From positions 1 to 15,320 of the forward strand of contig NW_021825474.1 of the NCBI RefSeq assembly GCF_006345805.1: a DNA stretch of 15,320 nucleotides. Reading direction: 5' to 3'. How positions within the stretch are numbered: the stretch's first letter is position 1; each line of letters begins with the position of its first letter. Below are positions 1-9,250 of the stretch, one piece after another. The stretch comes from Octopus sinensis (taxonomy: Eukaryota). Both the position numbers and the translations under genes were made by a program. The notes beneath the pieces were generated by a model that searched no databases, was not told where the DNA came from, and saw only the letters and a program-made list of their open reading frames with translations.

Positions 1-190
1 GTATGTGTATGCGTGCGTGTGTGTATATAGGTGCGTATGTATGTGTGTGGGAGTGTAGGTGGTGTGTGTGGTGTGCGTTGTTTATTTGTGTGTGCGTATG
101 TGAGTGTGAGTGTATGGTGTTTGTCATGCATGTGTGTGCGCGTGCAGGCGAGTGTGTGTGTGTAAGTATGTGTGTGTGTATGTTTGTGTG
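1..190. repeat. Degenerate (TG)n microsatellite, cut by the window edge
   Basis: Near-continuous gtgt/gtat units seen directly. Confidence 0.95.
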
Positions 191-196
191 AGTGTA

Positions 197-250
197 ACGG
201 GCTTCTTTCAGTTTCCGTCTACCAAATTCACTCAAGGCTTTGGTCGGCCC
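197..250 (-). mobile_element. SINE-A central-domain fragment
   Basis: Reverse complement gggccgaccaaagccttgagtgaatttggtagacggaaactgaaagaagcccgt matches the central block of the fuller copies at 2931, 10340 and 13769. Confidence 0.85.
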
Positions 251-433
251 AAAACGTATGTTGAATAAATCTAAATTACCTTCAGTGTCTGTCTTAGAAC
301 TTCGCATCTGATGAATTTTTCATGAACTAGACTTATGATATTACATGTACAATTATATTGGGGTCGAACATTTGGATGGTGGTGAGTTATTATGAACCGT
401 AACATTAATATGTGATAATATTATTGGTACCCC

Positions 434-565
434 GGGGTCGACTTTGCCTTTCATCCTTTCGGAGTCGATAAATTAAGTACCAGTTGCGTACTGTGGTCGA
501 TCTAATCGACTGGCCACCTCCCCAAAAATTTCGGGCCTTGTTCCCAGAGTAGAAAAGGATAATAT
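434..565 (+). mobile_element. SINE-B (Nin/Deu-domain-like tRNA-SINE), 5'-truncated
   Basis: ggtcgactttgcctttcatcctttcggagtcgataaattaagtaccagttgcgtactgtggtcgatctaatcgact is nearly identical to the reverse complement of about 9300-9375. The domain name is from memory of SINE central domains. Confidence 0.8.
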
Positions 566-1104
566 TATTGGGAAAAATTATAAGTTTTTTATGACTTACT
601 TTCATTCGAATCTTGTTGAAAATATTTAATTACCAGTAACTAATTGGCAATTAAGTGTCAAAACTCGGAACCGTTCTTGCTACGTTAAATCTCATACGAA
701 ACTTAAAAGGAGGGTTATACTAAGTTATATCACACTGGCACTTCTGTGGGTTATGCAAGGCATTACATGGTTGTATGTATTACATTGTGTCTTAAAAAAC
801 TTGTTTTTTTTTAGGCATTATTGTAACAGTGTGACAATATGCGAATTCATACATACACAATTTTACTGTGTTTAACGTCAATTTAAATGACAACATACCT
901 ATTTGAGTAATATGCTTTTATTTTTATTTTCCAAGCCATCTACATGCACCGGCGCCCACCCAAGGACCAAGTGAAACAAATCACGTTTGGGAAAAGCACA
1001 GTTTCTGCTTATATTACAGATATTAAAACATACAAGACACTGCATTTTTCGAACATCGAGTAGAATTAAATTATTGTGTTTGTACAGCAAATGAAATAAA
1101 AATT

Positions 1105-1306
1105 ACACACACACACACACAGACACACACACACGCGCGCACACACATACACATACACACACACAAACACGCATACATACACACATACACACGCGCACAC
1201 ACAGATTGGCAAACAGATAGACAGGTAGATACTTAAATATATAGATAGGTATATAGGTAGATAGATGGATAATAAATACGTATATATATTTATATGTATT
1301 TATATA

Positions 1307-1345
<39 letters not shown>
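1105..1345. repeat. Compound (CA)n/(TA)n/(TG)n microsatellite
   Basis: Seen directly. Confidence 0.95.
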
Positions 1346-1347
<2 letters not shown>

Positions 1348-1844
1348 AAGAGAGAGTGTGTTGTGTGTATGGATGAGCGTTTATACATACAATTAATGAG
1401 CATCCATCTGCATACTTATGACCAATCAGACAAACCCTAAACAGCCAATCATTTGCAAAAGCAATGTCGTCTGTGTCTTTCATCTCATCCCCACAAGACT
1501 AGGTATTTCCTGAGCTGTCTCCCGTGCTCCACAGAGGACATAAATCTTTGCATAACCGCCATTTTGACCAGGCATTTTCTTATAATTCTGTTATTTTCTC
1601 CGTCTTCCAAATACACTTTTTTGTTGTCTGTTTTATTATTTGTAGAGAAATATTTATTTTTTCACATTCATATTTCTATTTTTCTGTTTATATCAGTATA
1701 CTTTTTCTTTCTTTCTTTCTTTCTTTTTCATACATTTTTTCCTTCACAATGTTATGTCTGATCATCTATCAATTTTTTCAGCCGGTGTCGTCTGCCTTGA
1801 TTTTCAGCTTGCTCATTTTTATGATGCCTTTTGTTGTCAGTGAA

Positions 1845-1881
1845 TTCTTCTTCTTCTTCTTCTTCTTCTTCTTCTTCTTCT
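1845..1881. repeat. (CTT)n microsatellite
   Basis: About 12 perfect units. Confidence 0.95.
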
Positions 1882-1946
1882 GCTTCCCTTCCTTCTGTAA
1901 CTACTCACCACAATCGTTTCACCATTAAAGAGATGCTAAAATATAT

Positions 1947-1990
1947 TCTATCTATCTTCTATCTATCTGATCTATCTATTATCTTATATA

Positions 1991-2024
<34 letters not shown>

Positions 2025-2051
2025 TCTATCTATCTATCTATCTATCTATCT
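1947..2051. repeat. (ATCT)n microsatellite
   Basis: Interrupted tetranucleotide array seen directly. Confidence 0.95.
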
Positions 2052-2384
2052 GTACACAATACACAGATACACATCTGCGTACACATATACTTACCCACAT
2101 ACATACAGTTACACACATAATACAAACATGACTTTCACTTGTTTTAACAATACTATGTGAGGTACACACTCCATCGGTTTCTGTTGCCGACCCGCTAAGA
2201 AACAGACGCGAAAAGAAACCGACACGTTTTCAAAGGGTAGGGAGAACAAGTATATACACATATTAACAAGCACACACACACATGAATACACACACACACC
2301 ACACACACATATACACAGACATGACAGAAGTAAATAGACACCGTTATAATGCATTCAAACTATTTATTGTATTATTGTGAATAT

Positions 2385-3756
2385 TTAATATTCAGGAGAG
2401 ATGCCCTTTGCATTTTTCAATGCAAGGACCCTATTAGGCATGTTACTGATCAAATGACGAATATTCTCTAGCGGAATTTCTTGCCAAGCTTCATGAAGTG
2501 ATCTCAAAAGATCTGGCTTTGAAAATGCTTTCTTGTTCTTATGCTGAAGTGTCTTGTTAATTATGTCCCAGGGGTGTTTAGTATGGTTCATGTCTGGTGA
2601 CTGGCTTGGCCATGGAAGCTGCTTTTTAATGCCATTCTCATCCAACAAGTCTTGAGTCATTTCAGCCGTGTAACAAGGAGCCCCATCTTCTATAAATAGT
2701 CTTCTTTGATCATGTCAACACTGGAGAAGATTGGAAGGAGTCCTTTCTGCAATATGGACGCATATTTATCTGAGTTTATGCTTCCTTCACAATCCACCAG
2801 CTTTGATCAACCATTTCTTTAAATTTCATCACAGAATAGTGCGTGATTCATTGTTGGCTGCAATCTTTTCACATCAACTCGACCACTGTTAAGAAATACA
2901 GCAAACCTGAACTCATCAGAGAATATAACAGGCGCAGGAGTGGCTGTGTGGTAAGTAGCTTGTTTACCAACCACATGGTTCCGGGTTCAGTCCCACTGCG
3001 TGACACCTTGGGCAAGTGTCTTCTACTATAGCCTCGGGCCGACCAAAGCTTTGTGAGTGGATTTGGTAGACGGAAACTGAAAGAAGCCCGTCGTATATAT
3101 GTATATATGTGTATGTGTGTGTATGTGTTTGTCCCCCTAGCATTGCTTGACAACCGATACTGGTGTGTTTATGTCCCCGTCACTTAGCGGTTCGGCAAAA
3201 GAGACCGATAGAATAAGTACTGGGCTTACAAAAAAAAAAGAATAATTCCCGGGATCGAGTTGTTCGATTAAAGGCAGTGCTCCAGCATGGCCGCAGTCAA
3301 ATGACTGAAACAAGTAAAAGAGAGAGTAAAAGAGTGTCCCAAAATGCTAGTGGCCACTCCACCATCTTAGCAGCGCAATCGTGATGTTGGCTGGTCGATG
3401 AAGTGGCTTCCTTCTTGCTGCTCTGTCATAGTAAACCACATTAATGCAGATACTTGACAGCTGTTTCAGGACTGACATCAGCTTGTTCTGTTATGTCAGA
3501 GGCCTTGCAACGACGGTTATCCTCCACACTTCTTTTAACAAACAGAAAGGTCATATCACAGGGCCCTGGTTGATCTGGGCGGGGTGATGTGGACTACAAT
3601 CCCCTCTCTGGTGAACTGCAGAAACACTATATTAACTGTAGAATGCGGAATCCAAAGGTTTTTCTGCGTTTTTACGCTATGTCCACCTTCAGAATGAGCC
3701 ACAAAACGGCATCTTTGAAATTCAGACAATTCCAAGGTCTCTTTTGTATATGCCAT
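2385..3756 (-). pseudogene. Tc1-family transposase pseudogene
   Basis: N-terminal HTH-like MAYTKETLELSEFQRCRFVAH..IPHSTVN, then RAARRKPL and FWDT|VIFSDE (first D at 2915-2917), EDGAPCYTA (second D at 2685-2687) and WPSQSPDMNHTKHPW (catalytic E replaced by K). Contains stops, frameshifts and internal deletions. Confidence 0.9.
2931..3335 (+). mobile_element. SINE-A, full length
   Basis: tRNA-like head with A-box (tggctgtgtggt) and B-box (gggttcagtccc), central domain, internal TA/TG tract, 3' half and gtaaaaga-repeat tail. Homologous copies occur throughout the window. Confidence 0.9.
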
Positions 3757-3986
3757 GATTAAACAGTCACATATAGAACCTGAAAAATTAAAAAAAATGT
3801 CAATTTATAAAAAATATAAACCATTAAAAGTTTGAATAAACATAAAACAATGTTATATCATCATTGTTCGACCGTGGTCAAGACAATGGATTTTCTTTCT
3901 TTCTTTCTGTCTCTTTTCTTCTGTCACATGTATATAAATTAAAAGCGTGGCTTATAAGCAATTAGAACTTAAAAGAAAAATTAACA

Positions 3987-4162
3987 GAAGTCTCGAAAGT
4001 GACGGAGAGTGCTGGCTAGCACCGCTTATGCTAAAAATAAGAGTTAAATTAACTCTAAAGTCACTCCCTTAATTTAGTGCTTTATTTGCTGTAGAGTTAA
4101 TTTAACTCTTATTTTTAGCATAAGCGATGTTGGCCAGCACCTTCCGTCACTTCTGTGACCTC
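3987..4162. repeat. Long inverted repeat (foldback) with arms of about 60-70 bp and a 34-bp spacer
   Basis: 3997-4057 is the reverse complement of 4092-4152 with a few mismatches, and looser similarity extends to 3987/4162. Each arm also contains the palindrome agagttaaWttaactct. Confidence 0.9.
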
Positions 4163-4523
4163 GGTCAACTATAGCCTTTCGGCTTCTGACCAGCGCCACG
4201 ACAACTCCGACCTTTTCGTCTGCCGTAAGGCATTATTTTTCAAATACGTATTACTTTTTGTTTTTTGTATTTAAATTTGTGTAACATCGTTCGTTTTTCT
4301 GTCCTTGTTTCGTATACATTCGATCCTCTTTCCAAGAAATCTAATGCTCGTAGCTTAATTTTTCCTTGGGGCTGGCCAGATCGGAACAATCTCAAGATTA
4401 ATCAGCCGAAATTACAAAGGATGATCCGGTTCTAGACTGAAGATTAGAGGCTTCAAATGACCCGTCCGTTTTTTGTATCGTCTATTTGAATGTTTTGAGT
4501 TCTTGTCCCATTTTGTATTTTTA

Positions 4524-4535
4524 ATATATACATAC

Positions 4536-4602
<67 letters not shown>
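4524..4602. repeat. (TA)n microsatellite
   Basis: Seen directly; probably the internal tract of the adjacent diverged SINE-A. Confidence 0.95.
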
Positions 4603-4610
4603 TACTTATT

Positions 4611-4766
4611 ACGAAGAACCTCTACAAAGTTTCCGTCAACAAATTTCACTCAGGAAGAATGGGATGGCAAGACGCTATAAAAGAAGACACTTGCCCTTGT
4701 TGCCTGCAATGAGATTGAACCCCAAACCAGATTGATATAAAATGAGCTTCTTGACCACGCATCCAA
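4611..4766 (-). mobile_element. Old, strongly diverged SINE-A 5' half
   Basis: The blocks agtttccgtc, agaagacacttgccc, tgaaccc and gcttcttgaccac occur in the same order as in the minus-strand SINE-A copies. Confidence 0.7.
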
Positions 4767-4892
4767 TTAAATACTCACAAAGACAAACACGCACACATTC
4801 GTATTTGAGCGGACGCTCTTCAGAGATCTTTAATTATAAACCAGTAGGCTCTATGTATGTAGAAATACATATGCCTCCCCACCTCAACCTCA

Positions 4893-4905
4893 ACACACAC
4901 AAACA

Positions 4906-4947
<42 letters not shown>

Positions 4948-5075
4948 CACTCGCGCACATTGATGCAAGCAATTTTTTTTTATTTCTTAAGCTCCAGAGG
5001 AGACACGCGACACAGAATATATTTTGTGAGACTAACAACTATGAATTAGATATTTTTTATTCACACACATCCAGC

Positions 5076-5130
<55 letters not shown>

Positions 5131-5152
5131 CACACACACACAACACACTCAC
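4893..5152. repeat. Two (CA)n microsatellites (about 4893-4945 and 5077-5152)
   Basis: Seen directly. Confidence 0.95.
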
Positions 5153-5229
5153 ACTGAAATATGCACCGATGTGAGTCAGAAATTAAGACAAATAATAATT
5201 ACGTTACTTTTTGACTACTCCTTGTATAT

Positions 5230-5342
5230 GTGTGTGGTCGTGTGGTAAGAAGCCACATGGTTCTGGGTTCAATCCAACTGCATGGTACAAGCTTCCTATA
5301 CCATAGCCTCGGGCCTTGTGAGTGTATTTGGTAGCCGTCGTG

Positions 5343-5402
<60 letters not shown>

Positions 5403-5648
5403 ATTATATATATATATATATATGATATATGTATGTATGTGTATATGTTTGTGTGTCTGTGTTTGTCCCCTCAAAATCGGTTGACAACCGGTGCTGGTGC
5501 GTTCACGTCCCCGTAACTTCGCGGTTCGGCAAAAGAGCCCGATAGAATAAGTACAAGGCTTACAAAGAATAACTCATGGGAATCGATTTGCTCGACTAAA
5601 GGCGGTGCTGCAGCATGGCCGCAGTCAAATGACTGAAACAAGAACAAT
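5230..5648 (+). mobile_element. SINE-A with several deletions in the 5' half
   Basis: gtgtggtaag..ccacatggttctgggttc, a long (TA)n tract and a well-conserved 3' half ending gcatggccgcagtcaaatgactgaaacaag. Confidence 0.85.
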
Positions 5649-5902
5649 AATAAATGAATACATACATAAATGTTATATATACATATATAATATTAATAAA
5701 TTTTAGGGTAGCAAAAAATTCTAGAAAAATTCTCCGCTACCAGCGGTCAAGTGAGAAGGAAAAAATAGTCAATAGACTCTATAATATACATTCAAACATA
5801 TAAGGGATGGCTATAATAGGACATCCGACTCACTAGAAAGAGCAGCCAAACTCCAAACCACTAATTGTTGTAATTCTGAAATGGAAAGAGAAATAAAAAC
5901 GT

Positions 5903-5937
<35 letters not shown>

Positions 5938-6194
5938 CTCACAGCTGTCTTTGTCACTTTCTCAAATTACAAAACCGCCATCGAACAATGTATATTGTTC
6001 TTTCTATATGTATTACTGTTTTATTTTAACGTATCAGCTAATTAAAGCATGCCTCGTTGGCTAATTAAAGCGATGTGGTGCAGACAGGTAGCTGCATTCA
6101 ATTTCCTTCTGCGACCATCTGAGCGGTTTTAGTGGTCTCGTTATATGAAAGCATACACGAATTGCCGAACATACGGACACGCATACACACGTAG

Positions 6195-6310
6195 AGGGTG
6201 AGAGTGAGAGAGAGAGAGTGAGAGAGAGAGGTGAGAGAGAGAGAGCGGGGAAAAGAGAGGAAGAGAGAGGGAGATTCAGTGATAGGGAGAGAGTGACAAA
6301 AAGACAGAGA
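6195..6310. repeat. (GA)n-rich tract
   Basis: Seen directly. Confidence 0.9.
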
Positions 6311-6419
6311 GCGCGATTAATACATCTTCATAGGTACTTACATCTGAGCACAGGTATATCAATACGTGTATGCAAAAATATATTTACGTACTTAGTATGT
6401 ACATTTAACTAAATCCGCG

Positions 6420-6478
6420 TACGGCATACGCACTCACAAACACACACACACTCACACACACACACACACACGCCACAC

Positions 6479-6530
<52 letters not shown>

Positions 6531-6720
6531 CACATATATATACGTATATATGCACACATATGTGCTTGTGTGTACATATGTATGTATTTGTATATGTATA
6601 TGTATGTGTGTATATTATATATATATATATGTATATGCATGTATATGTATGTATACATATATATGTATATGTATATATATGTGTGTGTGTGTGTGAGGGG
6701 GGAATCTCTCTATACAAAAC

Positions 6721-6752
<32 letters not shown>

Positions 6753-6900
6753 CGTATGTATATATATATATATATATACATACATACATATAACATATAT
6801 ATATATATACACGCACACGTATATATGTATGACTGTATACACACACATACACACGCACCAACACATATACACGCACCAACACACACACGCACGCACACAC
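6420..6900. repeat. Compound (CA)/(TA)/(TG) microsatellite
   Basis: Seen directly; it explains the overlapping Y/I/H/T/C/V-rich ORFs. Confidence 0.95.
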
Positions 6901-7429
6901 GACCAGTCCTATTCATAATACAGACATTGCAAATACAACATGTGGCGTGTCGGCGATTCATCTTCATTGTAGGTAGCAGTAGCAGCAGCAGCAGCAGCAG
7001 CGGCGACGGCGGCGGGGACCAATTAAGTAATTCGGAAATAGTCTAGTTACAGTGCTTAGCTTCGCTTTTATATTAAGCAACCAGCTTAATAAAGCTTTTA
7101 GATTGATTCTATTGAAGCCTCTTTTCTGCTTGACGTCCATGTGTTTGGTATTTATTCGTATTTTTTTTCTTATTATGTCTTTCTGTTTTTCTTCTTTGGG
7201 TTTTTCATCTCCAATATTTTGATCCTTTCGTCCTGCAATCTTTTCAACCTTAAATATGACTTTATTTTTCTCTTTCATCTACTTTCACTTTCGTTTTCTT
7301 TCTCGTTTTTTTTGTGTGTTTTATTTTTCTTTTTTGTTCTTTAGTTTCGTTATATATTTATTGTCTTATTGTCTTTGTGTCGTTTTAATTCTTCACGTTC
7401 TCTTTTTCTTATTGCAGAAGCTGCTTCTA

Positions 7430-7495
7430 TATTATTATCATTATCAGCACCACCATCATGATCATGATCATCGTCGTCATCTTCATCATCATCAT

Positions 7496-7540
<45 letters not shown>

Positions 7541-7581
7541 GTCATTATTATTATTATCATTTTTATTATTATTATTATTAT

Positions 7582-7613
<32 letters not shown>

Positions 7614-7742
7614 GTAGTGGCGGTAGCAGCTGCAGCAGCAGCAGCAGTGGTAGTAGTAGTAGTAGTAATAGCAGTGGTACATATATTTGTTGCTTTAGTT
7701 TAGGTTGCTGGGGTTGGTTTTGTCGTCGTTGTCCTTGTTCTT

Positions 7743-7793
<51 letters not shown>

Positions 7794-7794
7794 A

Positions 7795-7827
<33 letters not shown>

Positions 7828-8035
7828 CAGCAGCAGCAACAGCAGTAGTAGTGGTCTTAATAGTAGTGTATGTTATTGTTGTAGTTGTCATTGTAGTAGT
7901 GGTTGTTGTTGTTGCTACCGTTGCAGTTTTTATTGTCGTTTCAGTTGTTTGTAGTTGCCGTCGTCGTCGTCGTCATCAGCGTCGCCTCCGTCGCCGTCGC
8001 CCCGTTGCTGTGCTCGTTGTTGCTGTTGTTGTTGT
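7430..8035. repeat. Compound trinucleotide array (CAT, TAT, TAG, CAG, GTT, CGT units)
   Basis: Seen directly; it gives homopolymeric ORFs on both strands. Confidence 0.95.
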
Positions 8036-8364
8036 TGCCGACCCACTGATGGCCTGATTTCTCTAATAGACCTCCTTTATTGTTTGACGATTAAGTAATT
8101 CTTAATTACCATGTCACTGCTTTGTTTAGTTATTTTTCTATTATTTCCACACATTTCCTTCCCCGTTATCATTATCCTCGTCCTCCTCCAATTTCTCCGC
8201 CTCCCTCCCTCCCTCCACCCCTCGTCCCTCCTTCTCGTCTTATCATCATCATCACCATCATATTTCTCATCACGATCATTAATCATGATCATGATGTTTA
8301 ACGGGATAACTATTGTCAACATGATAATCATTTCTGATTGTGTATATATTTATCGATAATATTA

Positions 8365-8772
8365 GACGCAGGAGTGATTGTGTGGTTAGTAGCTTGCTTA
8401 CCAACCACATGGTTCCGTGTTCAGTCCCACTGTGTGGCACCTTGGGTAAGTGTCTTCTACTATAGCCTCGGCCCTTGTGAGTGGATTTGGTGGAGGAAAC
8501 TGAAAGAAGCCCGTCGTATATATATGTATATATGTATATATGTATGTGTTTGTGTGTCTGTGTTTGTCCCCCCCCCAACATCGCTTGACAACCGATGCTG
8601 GTGTGTTTACGTCCCCGTAACTTAGCGGTTCGGCAAAAAAAGAGACCGATAAAATAAGTACTGGGCTTACAAAGAATAAGTCCTGTGGTTGATTTGGTCG
8701 ACTAAAGGCGGTGCTCCAGCATGGCCACAGTCACATTACTGAAACAAGTAAAAGAGTAAAGAGTAAAAGAGT
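8365..8772 (+). mobile_element. SINE-A, full length
   Basis: gacgcaggagtgattgtgtgg head through a gtaaaagagtaaagagtaaaagagt tail; collinear with 2931-3335. Confidence 0.9.
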
Positions 8773-9190
8773 ATGTAATTAAACATATTTGATAACTGTA
8801 AGGTAAGCAAGCAGTGAAATGTAGGGGTTGAATTCCTGATCAGAGGGAAATGCTGCGTTTCTAATAGAGGGCTTCCATTTGTTTGTGAAGTCAACTTACA
8901 GAGCTGAGAACACGACAACACTTTAAAGACAACCATCCTGAAAGAGAAAAGGATTCGGTGAAGAATGAAACCCTTGACGGATGTAGCCCTAACATATGCA
9001 TCAAGGTAAGTAATTAAGGTGACTGCAATGGTTTGGATCGTAGGTTTTGTTGATGTCTTTTCTGGGAGCGTAAGGAAAAGAATGACGGCGAAGTCGCGTT
9101 AACGACAGCTGTAACGACAAAACCAACAACGGTGTGTCTATGTGTATACGTATATGTGTGTGTCAGTATATTTGTAGGAGTGTGTATGTA

Positions 9191-9222
<32 letters not shown>

Positions 9223-9250
9223 TGTGTGTGTTGTTGGTGGATCCACTATA

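Larger units (their letters stand above)
2338..3853 (-). mobile_element. Decayed Tc1/mariner DNA transposon, interrupted by SINE-A at 2931-3335
   Basis: Minus-strand transposase remnants lie in the correct order. Candidate degenerate TIRs are acaccgttataatgcattcaaact (2338-2361) and agtttgaataaacataaaacaatgt (3829-3853, followed by TA). The ends are uncertain. Confidence 0.85.

Noticed and set aside
300-360. CTGATGA at 308-314 as a hammerhead ribozyme core
   Set aside because: It is followed by GAAC rather than GAAA, and I find no workable stems I and III or NUH site.
2825-2845. FCDE as the first catalytic aspartate of the Tc1 transposase
   Set aside because: It is an out-of-frame reading of YSVM; the true motif is FSDE at about 2912-2923.
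2931-3010. tRNA gene at the SINE-A heads
   Set aside because: It has A/B boxes but no cloverleaf or acceptor stem, so it is a SINE head.
4170-4470. gccgaaaggc hairpin (minus strand) and ctgaaga (about 4438) as Penelope-type hammerheads
   Set aside because: The conserved core elements and stem I pairing are not present in the required order.
4992-5025. 34-nt plus-strand microexon (ttcttaag| ... |gtgaga)
   Set aside because: Short and weak, with no recognisable peptide, and plausible by chance in AT-rich DNA.
5700-5960. Possible further unclassified repeat remnant ending in cacagctgtc
   Set aside because: There is no second copy, coding motif or terminal structure in the window to support a call.
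6409-7046. Several overlapping ORFs of 68-163 aa
   Set aside because: They are dinucleotide microsatellite translations.
7256-7954. 232-aa ORF and overlapping poly-amino-acid ORFs
   Set aside because: They are translations of T-rich low-complexity sequence and trinucleotide repeats with no domain.
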